A DNA stretch of 64,000 nt. Origin: Nitrospirota bacterium. GTDB taxonomy: Bacteria > Nitrospirota > UBA9217. The translations under genes were made by a program, and so were the position numbers. The DNA lies in the NCBI GenBank assembly GCA_963796285.1, contig CAWCKW010000012.1, positions 1,991,635 through 2,055,634 on the forward strand, in the 5' to 3' direction. Positions 10,469-21,018 of this stretch are shown one piece after another (positions within the stretch are counted from its first letter, which is position 1; every line of letters starts with the position of its first letter). The notes beneath the pieces are model-generated. The model was given only the letters and a program-made list of their open reading frames with translations, did not search any database and had not been told where the DNA came from.

Positions 10469-10657
10469 TTATTTCCCCGTGATAAACAGTCTCACGATCC
10501 TGCCTAACAGAGTTATCCCCAGGATAATGCCGAGAACTATTGCGAGGAAGATAGCAAGAACAAGGGTCAGCTTGAAGACCAGAAAAAAGAGGGGGAACAA
10601 AACTACGCATAGGAATATTGTCAGGCAACCTGTGGCAAAATCTTTCGCTTCCACCAT
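10469..10657 (-). CDS. small two-TM membrane protein
   Basis: 62-aa hydrophobic ORF with GGAGG RBS, 48 nt upstream of the RSH-like gene. Confidence 0.65.
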   Translation of the reverse strand: MVEAKDFATGCLTIFLCVVLFPLFFLVFKLTLVLAIFLAIVLGIILGITLLGRIVRLFITGK

Positions 10658-10946
10658 TGGGGTAGTCCTCCCGTATTCCCCCTTTCAGAGGGAGTCTATT
10701 ACGGATTATAACAGAAACGGGCTGATGAGGAGGGCGCAATAACGGCAAGGCTATGATATTGTTGTCATGTATTCCCGCACCAGACCTTCATGTATACATG
10801 CGACACGTCGGTCCACCCGGCGCCAGTATTCACATACCGTTCAACGGGACAATAGATGAATAGACTGTCATTCACAATACCGATTTTCCCGATCCCTCCC
10901 TTGCTTTTTTCCTTCTCCGGGGCTATGTTTTACTAAAGGAAAACAC

Positions 10947-13900
10947 ATGCCGGAATCAGGCCTTTCGCTATTTCATCCCCTCATCAAGCAATGGTTCTCG
11001 GAACAGGTCGGCCGACCGACCGACGTTCAGGAGAAAGCCTGGCCCGAGATCAGCCGGGGCCGTCACGTGCTCGTTACCGCGCCCACGGGTTGCGGCAAGA
11101 CGCTCGCCGCTTTCTTGTGGGCCTTGAATCAACTGGTCACCGGAGCCTGGTCCGGTGGCACGGTCCGCGTCCTCTATATCTCTCCGCTTAAAGCATTGAA
11201 TAACGATGTCCGGCGAAATTTGCTGAAACCGCTCGCGGAGTTGCAGGATACATTCGACCGCGCAGGGACCGCTTTCCCGGCCATCAGCGTTCTCACCCGG
11301 AGCGGGGACACCCCGGGTGGGGAACGCCGGAGAATGCTCCGCAGGCCGCCCGAGATCCTGATCACCACCCCGGAGTCGCTTAACCTGCTGCTTAGCTCCA
11401 GGAGCGGCCGCGGCATGCTCACGGGCATTGCAACGGTCATTCTCGATGAGATCCACGCGGTTGTGGGGACCAAGCGGGGCACTCATCTCATAACCGCGGT
11501 GGACCGGCTTGTTCCGCTCAGCGGCGATTTCCAGCGCATTGCACTCTCGGCCACGGTCAATCCAGCTGAGCGGGTCGCTGAGTTCGTGGGCGGGTTCCGT
11601 AAGGTCGGCATCGGCAAGGACAGCCGATTCGAAAAACGTCCAGTTGTCCTTGTTCAGTCCAAGCAAGCGAAGGAGTATGACATCACGGTGGCCTTCCCGC
11701 CTGACGCGCGGGAGAAGATGGTAGATGGCTCCTGGTGGCCGGCACTCATTGATGCCTTCCGGCAAACAATCAATCGGCAACGCTCTACGCTCCTGTTCGC
11801 GAACAGCAGGAGGACAACGGAAAAGGTAACGCGCTTGATCAACGAGGCCGAGAATGCCGAGCTCGCGTATGCCCACCACGGGTCTCTCTCGCGCGAACTG
11901 CGCCTTGCCATAGAAGAAAAATTAAAGAACGGAGAGCTCAAGGCGATCGTTGCCACGAACTCGCTCGAACTGGGCATCGATATCGGGAGCCTTGACCAGG
12001 TCGTCCTGATCCAGACACCGCGTTCGGTCTCGTCCGCCCTGCAGCGCATCGGACGGTCGGGCCATTCCGTGGGGGAAAAGAGCCGGGGTCTGCTCTTCCC
12101 GACCCACGGCCGGGACTTCATCGACGCCGCGGTCATGGCACGGCTGTGCCTGGACCAGGACATCGAAGAGGTACGTCCCATCGAAGCGCCGCTCGATCTC
12201 CTGGCCCAGATCGTCCTTTCGATGTGTGCCATGGAGAAGTGGGACATCGAAGAGCTCTATGCATTTATTAAAACCAGCTACCCGTATCGTGCCTTGCCCC
12301 GGAGGCTTTTCGACCTTGTGCTCGAAATGCTTTCCGGCAGGTATGCGGACAGCCGCTTGCGGGAACTCAAGGCGCGCGTTTCGCTCGACCGGGTGGACAA
12401 CACGATCCAGGCGCACAGCGGAGTTCTGTACCTGATCTATACATCAGGCGGGACGATCCCCGAGCGCGGCTATTTCGATCTGCGGCTCAAGGACACGCAT
12501 GCGAAGATCGGCGAACTGGACGAGGAATTCGTTTGGGAGCGGTCCATCGGTGAGACCTTTACGCTCGGGACCCAGCTCTGGAGGATCGAGAAGATCACGC
12601 ACAACGACGTGGAGGTGGTGCCGGTTCGGTCCGCGACCGGCATCTTCCCGTTCTGGAAAGCGGAGCAGCAGGACAGAGATTATCATTTTTCAGAAAAGAT
12701 CGGTCTCTTTCTGGAACACGCGGATAGCCTGCTCGATGCCCCTGATTTTCAGCAAGAGCTTTTGGATCGTTATGCCATGGATGAAGCTGCCGCTCACGAG
12801 CTCATCGGTTTTTTGAAACTCCAGAAAGAGGCGACCGGCAGCATGCTTCCCCACCGTCATCATCTCTTGATCGAGCACGTGGAAGAGCCCGGGGCACGCG
12901 GAGACTTCAAGCAGGTGATCCTGCATACCTTCTGGGGCGGCAGGGTGAACCGGCCTTTCAGCCTTGCCCTGGCCCAGGCCTGGGAAGATAGGGAGCGAAA
13001 GCCGCTGCAGTTCATCGCGAACGACGATGCCATCCTGCTCATGCTGCCGTGGGAGTTCCAGGCACATGACCTCTTTTCGCTCCTCTCGCCGGAGAACGTC
13101 GAAGTCTTCCTCAGAAAGCGGCTGGAGCAGACAGGGTTTTTCGGCGCCCGGTTCCGTGAGAATGCCGAACGCGCGCTCCTGCTCCCGAAATCGAGCTTCA
13201 AGCGCAGGATGCCGCTCTGGCTCATCCGGCTCAGGTCCAAGGAGCTGCTCGCGGCCGTCTCGTCCTACGAGGATTTCCCGATCGTGCTCGAAACGTGGCG
13301 CACCTGCCTTGAGGACGAGTTCGATCTCGCGCACGTCAGGAGCGTGATCGAAGAGCTTCGGACCGGGATGGTCCGCGTGAGTGAGACCGTGACCAGGACC
13401 GCTTCTCCCTTTGCCGGGGGCCTTGTCTGGAAACAGACGAACAAGTACATGTACGACGACGATACGCCGCTCCTGGCAAAAGAGTCTGCCCTGCGTCCCG
13501 ATCTGATCAGAGAGCTGATGTTCTCGTCCCACCTCCGTCCGAAGATCCCCGCCGAGGTGATCAGGGTGCTGGACAACAAGCTGAAGCGCACAGCCCCCGG
13601 CTACGCTCCGGTCTCGGCTGTCGAACTCCTGGACTGGGTGAAGGAGCGAATGCTCATCCCGGAGACGGAGTGGAACGAGCTGGCAAGCGCCATCAGGAGA
13701 GACCTGGACGGGGACGCGGCAACATGGCTCGTTTCCCAGGCAAGGAAGCTCTTCTGGGTGAGCTGGCCCGGCGTGAGGCACTCGCTGTTGTGCGCTCTCG
13801 AGACACTACCGAAAGTGGTCGTCGCCTTCCGCCTGCACCCGGACGTTCTCGCGGTGCGCCCGGTGAGCATTGATGAACAGGCGGACATGGTCACACGGCG

Positions 13901-15410
13901 CGTCCTTGCCTTTTTGCGCGAGCCGCCCGAGTCCGCAAAGGCAACCGAGGAGTATGACCTGGCGAACTTCCTCGCGGAGTGGCTTTCCTTTTACGGACCG
14001 CTGGAGAAGGACGAACTGGTCCATCTGCTCGGCATCACGCTGGAGCGGATCGATGAGGCGATCGAACCGTTGATCGAGTCGCAGGACCTCGTCATGGACC
14101 GCTTCAGGGAGGAGAGCCGCGCGCTCGAGCTCTGCGACAGCGGCAATCTCGAGGTCCTTCTTCGCATGGCGCGGCGGTACCGCCAGCCGTCATTCGAACC
14201 GCTTCCGCTTGAAGAGCTCCCGCTGTTCCTTGCCGCCTATCAGGGCATCGTCCCGCGGGGAGAAGCCATGAACGACCTCCAGCAACGGCTTGAGCAGCTG
14301 TTCGGATTTCCCACGCCTGCCGGGGCCTGGGAGGAATATATCCTGCCGGGCCGGATGCAGCAGTACCGGAGCGAATGGCTGGACACGCTCATGGACCGGA
14401 GCGAACTTCTCTGGTTCGGGTGCGGAGTGCGCCGCGTCAGCCTTGCGTTCAGCCAGGACCTGGAGCTCTTCCGACCTGAAGCACCTCGGGAGCAGGATGA
14501 TGAACTTGCCCGCCTGATTCCCGAACGCCGCGGCAGATACAGTTTCCTGGAAATAACCGAGCTGTCCCATATGGACACGGTGCACGCAACAGAGCTTCTC
14601 TGGAAGGAGGCCTGGAGAGGCAATGTGACGAGCGATTCGTTCAGGACGCTCAGAAAAGGCGTTATGACCGGGTTCTCTGCGCAGGCTTTCACGGATGAGG
14701 CGCGGCTCACCTCGCGCAGGTCCGGGTTCAATCGGTGGAAGGTCTCCCGCCCCCTGGAAGGGCATTGGCTCAGGATCGATCCCCTGCCGCGCGAGCGCGA
14801 TCTCCTGGAAAACGAGGAGCTCGTGAAGGACCGGATCCGGCTTCTTCTGAAGCGCTACGGCGTGCTCTTCCGCGAGCTCCTGGCGAACGAATTGCCGTTG
14901 CTGCAATGGCGCGGGATCTTTCGGTCATTGCGTCTCATGGAGCTCTCGGGTGAGGTGCTGTCCGGTTATTTCTTCGAGGGCATCGTTGGTCCGCAGTTCG
15001 TCACGCATGACGCCCTCCGCATGCTGCGGGAACCGCTGCCGAAAGACGCTGTTTACTGGCTCAATGCAGCGGATCCCGCGTCGTTCTGCGGCCTGGGTAT
15101 AGGATCGCGCCAGGGCCTGCCGCCGCGGCTTGCGTCGAGCTACCTGGTGTATCGCGGAAGCAGCCTCGTGATGGTGGCCAGACGCCTAGGCAAAGACCTT
15201 ACCATCCTTACAGGCATTGAAGACCCGCGGCTCCCTGAATACCTGGTCCTGTTCAAAGACCTGCTAGGCCGGGAGTTCAAACCCGTGCAGAAGGTGAGTA
15301 TAGAAACGGTCAACGGAGAGCCTGTTTATCGCACCCCCTTTGCCGCCGCGCTCAAGGCATTCGGCTTCCGGTCCGCGAGAAACGCGCTTGAGTTGTGGAA
15401 AGAATATTGA
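10947..15410 (+). CDS. lhr: full-length Lhr-family SF2 helicase
   Basis: APTGCGKT, SPLKALNND, ITTPESL, DEIH, HHGSLS, LELGIDIG, QRIGRSGH, GGTIP, long C-terminal domain (LLKRYGV, AADPA). Confidence 0.92.
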   Translation: MPESGLSLFHPLIKQWFSEQVGRPTDVQEKAWPEISRGRHVLVTAPTGCGKTLAAFLWALNQLVTGAWSGGTVRVLYISPLKALNNDVRRNLLKPLAELQDTFDRAGTAFPAISVLTRSGDTPGGERRRMLRRPPEILITTPESLNLLLSSRSGRGMLTGIATVILDEIHAVVGTKRGTHLITAVDRLVPLSGDFQRIALSATVNPAERVAEFVGGFRKVGIGKDSRFEKRPVVLVQSKQAKEYDITVAFPPDAREKMVDGSWWPALIDAFRQTINRQRSTLLFANSRRTTEKVTRLINEAENAELAYAHHGSLSRELRLAIEEKLKNGELKAIVATNSLELGIDIGSLDQVVLIQTPRSVSSALQRIGRSGHSVGEKSRGLLFPTHGRDFIDAAVMARLCLDQDIEEVRPIEAPLDLLAQIVLSMCAMEKWDIEELYAFIKTSYPYRALPRRLFDLVLEMLSGRYADSRLRELKARVSLDRVDNTIQAHSGVLYLIYTSGGTIPERGYFDLRLKDTHAKIGELDEEFVWERSIGETFTLGTQLWRIEKITHNDVEVVPVRSATGIFPFWKAEQQDRDYHFSEKIGLFLEHADSLLDAPDFQQELLDRYAMDEAAAHELIGFLKLQKEATGSMLPHRHHLLIEHVEEPGARGDFKQVILHTFWGGRVNRPFSLALAQAWEDRERKPLQFIANDDAILLMLPWEFQAHDLFSLLSPENVEVFLRKRLEQTGFFGARFRENAERALLLPKSSFKRRMPLWLIRLRSKELLAAVSSYEDFPIVLETWRTCLEDEFDLAHVRSVIEELRTGMVRVSETVTRTASPFAGGLVWKQTNKYMYDDDTPLLAKESALRPDLIRELMFSSHLRPKIPAEVIRVLDNKLKRTAPGYAPVSAVELLDWVKERMLIPETEWNELASAIRRDLDGDAATWLVSQARKLFWVSWPGVRHSLLCALETLPKVVVAFRLHPDVLAVRPVSIDEQADMVTRRVLAFLREPPESAKATEEYDLANFLAEWLSFYGPLEKDELVHLLGITLERIDEAIEPLIESQDLVMDRFREESRALELCDSGNLEVLLRMARRYRQPSFEPLPLEELPLFLAAYQGIVPRGEAMNDLQQRLEQLFGFPTPAGAWEEYILPGRMQQYRSEWLDTLMDRSELLWFGCGVRRVSLAFSQDLELFRPEAPREQDDELARLIPERRGRYSFLEITELSHMDTVHATELLWKEAWRGNVTSDSFRTLRKGVMTGFSAQAFTDEARLTSRRSGFNRWKVSRPLEGHWLRIDPLPRERDLLENEELVKDRIRLLLKRYGVLFRELLANELPLLQWRGIFRSLRLMELSGEVLSGYFFEGIVGPQFVTHDALRMLREPLPKDAVYWLNAADPASFCGLGIGSRQGLPPRLASSYLVYRGSSLVMVARRLGKDLTILTGIEDPRLPEYLVLFKDLLGREFKPVQKVSIETVNGEPVYRTPFAAALKAFGFRSARNALELWKEY

Positions 15411-15785
15411 CATGACGTGTGCGACCAGGTACCGGGTCGTCGTTGTCTGAAGAACGCGTAGTGTGCCGGCACCTGGGCGGAAGTAGATGACGCGTTCCAG
15501 CCCCCGATGCGGAAGATTGGACTGAAAGCGGATGGAAGGATGGACCCTTGACAGCACGTCCCGATTGGTCTACCTTTGAATCGGGGACAGAGACATGTAC
15601 GGTTGCGAGGCAGATCATGCATGCGGAGAACGTTCAGCGTCGGATAGGATGTCATTCATGATTTTTATTCAACGGCAGAGCCTCTTCCCGTTCTCATTTT
15701 TATCTGTTCTGCCGGCGTCCGGTTTTATCCGTGGCAGCTTCATTTTCCCGGATAAACAACGGAATGGGCAGGGAAGGAGGGCATC

Positions 15786-16424
15786 ATGAAGATCGGCATT
15801 CTTGGATCAGGCGATGTGGCAAAGGCACTGGCAGGAGGTTTTCTGAAATCCGGCCACGAGGTGATGCTCGGAACGCGCACGATGGGCAAACTTGCGAACT
15901 GGGTTCAAAAGAACCCGCGGGCAAGGACCGGCAGTTTCGCAGACGCGGCGCAGTTCGGGGACATGGTGGTCCTGGCAATCAAGGGGACTGCGGCGTCAGA
16001 GGCAATCCGGGCCGCCGGGCCGGCGAACCTGGCAAGGAAGACCGTGATGGATGTGACCAACCCCCTCGCTGACGCGCCCCCGGTGAACGGCGTCATCAAG
16101 TTCTTCACGACCCTGGACGAGGCCCTGATGGAGCGTCTGCAGAAGGAGTTCCCGGAAGTGCGGTTCGTCAAGGCCTTCAATTCCGTGGGCAATGCGTTTA
16201 TGGTGAACCCGCAGTTCAAGGGCGGCAAACCCACGATGTTCATCTGCGGGAACGACGACGCAGCGAAGAAGACCGTGGCCGGGATCGTGGAACAGTTCGG
16301 CTGGGAGGTCTCGGATATGGGCAGAGCGGAGGCGGCGCGGGCGATCGAGCCGCTTTGTATGCTCTGGTGCATACCCGGTTTTCTCAGGAATGACTGGGCG
16401 CATGCCTTCAAGATGGTGACGTAG
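15786..16424 (+). CDS. F420_oxidored-family NADP-dependent oxidoreductase
   Basis: KIGILGSG, DVTNPL, VKAFNS, CGND. Confidence 0.85.
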   Translation: MKIGILGSGDVAKALAGGFLKSGHEVMLGTRTMGKLANWVQKNPRARTGSFADAAQFGDMVVLAIKGTAASEAIRAAGPANLARKTVMDVTNPLADAPPVNGVIKFFTTLDEALMERLQKEFPEVRFVKAFNSVGNAFMVNPQFKGGKPTMFICGNDDAAKKTVAGIVEQFGWEVSDMGRAEAARAIEPLCMLWCIPGFLRNDWAHAFKMVT

Positions 16425-16691
16425 TCGGAACGGCATTACCCTGGGATGCCTGCGGGACGTTGATGCTTAATGCTTTGCTCATGGCAGGTAACATCCCCGA
16501 TGCACAACACCATGCGTGCGGTATACGAAGAAGCAATGCAGCTGGGGCAAATCGAAAACGATGTTAATATTTTTTCCCATGAATCCGGGAACCTCACAAT
16601 GGCGGGTCAATAATCTTTAATCCCGCCCTTGTTGTCTGCTATCCTAGTTACTAAATTTCCAATTCCCGGGTGGAACGAGAGGTCACTAACA

Positions 16692-17183
16692 ATGAACATC
16701 GAGATCACAGCGAACGAATACCGCGACCTGTTGGATATCCTGCACATTGCCGATGTCATCATGTCCGGGCACCGGAGGGAACCGGACAAACGCAGCGAGC
16801 AACACCGTGCGCTTATCCAGAAGGTCTATGGCCTGGCGCAGGGCGAGGGCCTTGGCCGTCTGATGCGCCAGGACGCGCCTGATACTGTCCATGTCCCTAC
16901 GCCGGAGTTCGAGGAAAGCACTCTGTCGCACGTGCTGATCAATGAGTTCGCTGACCACGTCTTCTGGGATGAGTTGATCTCACGGTTGTCCGTACGGGAC
17001 GCGGCGCAGACCGTGGGAGGGATGGAACGACTCAATGCTATGAATGAGAGCGACCGCCAGGCAGCGGAAGGGATCATCCGTCGGCATTATATCGAGGAGT
17101 TTTCAAGGAACGGCCTTACCAATGTGGCAGTCATCGACAGCTTCGAAATCGGTGGAAACGAGCCCGTCAAAACGTCGGATTGA
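16692..17183 (+). CDS. hypothetical protein
   Basis: 163-aa ORF with GAGG RBS and protein-like composition. Confidence 0.65.
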   Translation: MNIEITANEYRDLLDILHIADVIMSGHRREPDKRSEQHRALIQKVYGLAQGEGLGRLMRQDAPDTVHVPTPEFEESTLSHVLINEFADHVFWDELISRLSVRDAAQTVGGMERLNAMNESDRQAAEGIIRRHYIEEFSRNGLTNVAVIDSFEIGGNEPVKTSD

Positions 17184-17277
17184 CTTCGCTTGACAACACC
17201 CGTTAGAGGAGTGACCCTGTGATGTTCCTGACCAGCCCGGATATACCCCCTGCGCAGCATGCATTCACCGCGCGGCC

Positions 17278-17805
17278 CTAGGAAGCCTTGGCCCTCTTGT
17301 GCAGGTGTGCATCCGTCATGTCCTGTTTCCCGGGTCCGACTCCGGCTTTGCGGTGAACGGACAGCATATGAACATTGGATCGAGGGAGACATGGCATATA
17401 GGTGAACTTGACGGCCTTGGCCTTGTCATTGTGGTGATCCCGGTAGGCCATCACTCGCGCAACCTCGTTAAGCCGTAAAGGAACCGGCTCTTTGCGGCTC
17501 ATCAGGCACATGTAGAGTATGTCCTGGTCGTTGAGATAGAGCTTTGTGGCAAAGTCTTCCCATGTCTGATCGAGGAGGCCCTGCTGCATTGCGTCCTCGA
17601 CGGTTATCGTCCTAAACCTGGCCGGATCATAGATGTCGGATAGCGCCAGCCGGGGAGCGTCTTCGTTCACGGCTACGGCAAGCCGGAAGGCCCCCGCGCC
17701 TTCATCGCGTTTCCGGCGCGGGCCGTAATGATACCTGTCGTCGGTCCTGCTGTAGCAGAGAAGGCTGATAACCTGTTCTGCCGCTTCTGACGTGAATGGT
17801 CGCAT
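17278..17805 (-). CDS. hypothetical protein
   Basis: ORF from MRPFTSE with AGGGAG RBS. Confidence 0.55.
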   Translation of the reverse strand: MRPFTSEAAEQVISLLCYSRTDDRYHYGPRRKRDEGAGAFRLAVAVNEDAPRLALSDIYDPARFRTITVEDAMQQGLLDQTWEDFATKLYLNDQDILYMCLMSRKEPVPLRLNEVARVMAYRDHHNDKAKAVKFTYMPCLPRSNVHMLSVHRKAGVGPGKQDMTDAHLHKRAKAS

Positions 17806-18094
17806 TGGTTTCTCCCTTCCTGATCTCGTTGCCGTTGATCCCGGATTGAAGCTCAGCGGATTACTCGATACGCCGCGCCCCCAACACATACATTGTTCTA
17901 TTATATCTCGATATTAGATATTGTCAAGAAAGGGACCCTCTTTCATCCAGATCTGCGTTTTTCGCAAAATGAAAAAGGATAGGGAGGCTCCAGAATTAAT
18001 CATTGCTGCGCTGATGGACGGGAATAGGGATGGTCGCCGATTCATGAATCATTGAGTGTCAGCTATTTTATTAAGGCAAGACCATAGGCCTGAC

Positions 18095-18763
18095 TTACGA
18101 TGCCCCTTTTGCAAGGTGAGCGATATCCATGTTTTCCAGGATCTGTTTAGGATAGCCCTGCCCGGTAGCGTGGAGCATCGCAAGACCCAGTTCCTCAAGC
18201 GTGCAGACATATTGGGGAAAAAAGATTTTCCAGACCGGATACAGCAGCCCGACCGCGGCGGATATTGCGTGGGCGTGTCCAACGCCTTTGATGGGTCTGA
18301 TAAAACCCGGCCGGAACATATATGCAGCCTTGAACGGTAGCTTCATCAGAACATTTTCCGTTCTCCCTTTTACCCGGGCCCACATAATACGGCCTTGTCC
18401 AGTGCTGTCGGTCCCCGTGCCGGACACATAACAGAAGGTCATGCCGGGGTTCAGTCGCGACAAGATGGTCGCGGCGCTCATCGTAAGGTCATAGCTGATC
18501 CGCGTATAATCTTTTTCAGACATTCCCACCGAGGAGACGCCGAGGCAAAAATAGCAGGCATTAAATCCCCTGAGCTGTTCTTCGATGGCAGAATAGTTGA
18601 AAAAATCGTTATGAAGCAGTTCCGTGAGTTTTGGATGTTTCACCCCGCATGGCCTTCTGCCGATGACCAGGACGGACTCCACGTCACGATGATCTAAGAT
18701 CACGTGGAGGACCCCCGCTCCTACCATGCCCGTAGCTCCGAATAGTATGGCCTTGATCTTCAT
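18095..18763 (-). CDS. NAD-dependent epimerase/dehydratase (atypical SDR)
   Basis: GATGMVG, FCLGVSS, WARVKGRTEN, FRPGFI. Confidence 0.88.
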   Translation of the reverse strand: MKIKAILFGATGMVGAGVLHVILDHRDVESVLVIGRRPCGVKHPKLTELLHNDFFNYSAIEEQLRGFNACYFCLGVSSVGMSEKDYTRISYDLTMSAATILSRLNPGMTFCYVSGTGTDSTGQGRIMWARVKGRTENVLMKLPFKAAYMFRPGFIRPIKGVGHAHAISAAVGLLYPVWKIFFPQYVCTLEELGLAMLHATGQGYPKQILENMDIAHLAKGAS

Positions 18764-19070
18764 TCACTCACCTCCATTTATCCTGGCAATCCTTCTTTCG
18801 AGTCCGGATCGCACAACCTGATGGATCCGTTCCTGCTCCTCATACTATTAGTATACTGCTGAATAGAGGTCTCCGGGACTGGCGCTTTTGCGGATTCAAT
18901 ATCAATCATGCCATAAGCTGCCCTTGAACCCCGATCAGGCAAAGGAAAAAGAGAACAAGAAATGTGCTATAATCAAGACAGGAACAGGGTTCTTTCCATC
19001 AGGGAAATTGCAATCGGTCTCGCAAGGGGCCGTGTCTTATTGCAGGTTTCCGGGCCGGAAGGGAGGCAGT

Positions 19071-19265
19071 ATGAACAGGATAGAGAAGAAAGAAACAGCG
19101 ACCGACGCTGCGAGGTTATTTAAAGAGGAAGTCCGCGAATTGATGCCGGATATTCCCCGCAGAGAGCTTTGCGAGATGGTTGATGAATATATCTATTATC
19201 AGACGGACGATCTGAGCAAGCAAGAAGCAGACGCTATCGTTGAGGCTACCTGCATTCTGAAGTAG
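19071..19265 (+). CDS. small hypothetical protein (64 aa), paralog of 39160-39381
   Basis: GGGAGG RBS; high similarity to the 39160 ORF. Confidence 0.75.
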   Translation: MNRIEKKETATDAARLFKEEVRELMPDIPRRELCEMVDEYIYYQTDDLSKQEADAIVEATCILK

Positions 19266-19538
19266 CTCTGGTCGGTCTTGAAAAGGGAAATGAAAAATAA
19301 AAACCTGAGGGTGATATTTTATCCTTAAAGATGTTTTTACAGGGCCAAGTAGATCTTTTACCGTAAAACCACCATTCAGAGACGGATGGATCGGTTATAA
19401 CGTATGATAAAATCGGATGAAAATAGAGCTAATATTTTTTACAGGCCGCCACCCCAACGATGAACTGCTTTCTTGGCGAATATCCGATTTTATCCGGCTC
19501 TAATCTGCATTAATGCGTGGCAAATGCCTTTTCCAGGT

Positions 19539-20387
19539 TCACCAATCCCCGCAATATTCAAATGCCTGCTTCGTTGTCAAGCGCTGTATATTCTCCCCTG
19601 TTTCGGACATCCGGTAAAGATTACAGAGCGATTCAGCGTCTTCCCAGTCGCAATTGCTGGAAAAGATGATCCCCCTGTTGGACCAGATGGGAGACGAATC
19701 AGCTCCCCGCGCGGGATGCTCGAACGGAACGATTTCCCCGGTATCAACATTGAGCCTGCGGAGGTGGGGCGTACCCAGGTCGCAGCGGTAAATGAGCCAC
19801 GACCCGTCCGGTGACCAGGAAGGGTTCGCATGCAGGGCGTCGTCCGTCGTGAGTCGTCTCTGGTTCCCGCCTGCGGGGTCCATGACCCAGACATGGGAGG
19901 TCTTGGCCCCCGGCGCGAACTGGACGAACGCGATCAGATCTCCGCGGGGCGACCACATCGGGTTCACGTGTTCCGAAGGCCCCTGGGTAAGTCTGGTGAA
20001 TCCCGTTCCGTCCAAATGGACGACATGCACCTGCTGGAGCCCGCTTTCATCAACGCCGGAAAAAACAAGACGACGGTCGTCGGGCGCCCAGTCCACGCTG
20101 CTGATGTTGAGGTCTCCGCTCGTGATCTGGGCCGTTTTGCGGGTAGCAAGGTCCATGAAGAATATGTTGTACAATTTCCTGGCGTTGTTCTTCGTGCTCA
20201 CGAAGGCGATCATGGACCTTTCCCTGTTATACCGGGGCGCTGCATTGTCAATGTATTCCCCGTCTGCCCCCGGGTTTATCGTGAGCCGGGTCTCGTTCTT
20301 CCCGTCCGGGTCGATGGCATAAATGTCGTTGTACATCTCCTTGCCGTCTCCGTCGAATCGTGTAAATACGATGCGAGCTTGATCCAT
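19539..20387 (-). CDS. TolB-like PD40 beta-propeller protein without an obvious signal peptide
   Basis: repeated P.WSPDG/WAPDD and RLT motifs; start MDQARIV. Confidence 0.8.
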   Translation of the reverse strand: MDQARIVFTRFDGDGKEMYNDIYAIDPDGKNETRLTINPGADGEYIDNAAPRYNRERSMIAFVSTKNNARKLYNIFFMDLATRKTAQITSGDLNISSVDWAPDDRRLVFSGVDESGLQQVHVVHLDGTGFTRLTQGPSEHVNPMWSPRGDLIAFVQFAPGAKTSHVWVMDPAGGNQRRLTTDDALHANPSWSPDGSWLIYRCDLGTPHLRRLNVDTGEIVPFEHPARGADSSPIWSNRGIIFSSNCDWEDAESLCNLYRMSETGENIQRLTTKQAFEYCGDW

Positions 20388-20657
20388 GCGTGTGCCTCTT
20401 TCCTGTTCCTGGGGAACGCTTATTATTGAGCGACAGATTAACAAGGAATGGGGATAAAGTCAAACAGCAATGATCAGGCGGGCCGCCGCGGCGAGCAGTA
20501 TCAGATGTGCGATAGCAAGAAAAGAGGCGAATGCTGACAGTTAAGATCCAACGATGTTCCTGACCCGTAATTATTAAGCAGAACACCCTCTGGATGCATC
20601 ACGCTTTCTCGAACATTTACGTTAAAAATCAATACGTTTGAAATAAACTATTTTTAC

Positions 20658-20686
20658 TTGACATTACCAAAATAATTAGATAAAAT
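20658..20686 (+). promoter_or_regulatory. sigma70 promoter TTGACA-N17-TAAAAT
   Basis: near-consensus hexamers in AT-rich intergenic DNA ~330 nt upstream of the GGDEF gene. Confidence 0.65.
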
Positions 20687-21018
20687 ATTACCATCTGTGG
20701 TACCAATAATTGGCATTGTCGTGTGAAGCAATAATTAAATGCCGAAATCAGGTGAATTTCTAATAGAATCGAAACTTATATATAGGCTATATCCGATTAC
20801 TGATAGCTGTCCGCCTGAGATTGCATTACTCAACGGTCAGTAATTAGTGAGAGGGAAGGCTTGACTCCAAAAGAAAATATCTGACATCTTATGCCTAATA
20901 TATAGTTTTTCCGTACAGACAACAAGTTGGACGATATACCCTTATACCTGCGGAGTTGCATGAATTTTGCCGGATATTGAGTTAGGAAGCTTCAACGAAC
21001 TCCAGACGAGGACCGAGC

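Noticed and set aside
402-15000. Long antisense/overlapping ORFs opposite the monooxygenase, dnaK, RSH-like gene and lhr (e.g. 402-1217, 12690-13781)
   Set aside because: Typical shadow ORFs of GC-rich coding DNA, with no motifs or RBS
10947-15410. Lhr helicase as part of a defence system
   Set aside because: No adjacent nuclease, methylase or other defence genes; consistent with a stand-alone repair helicase
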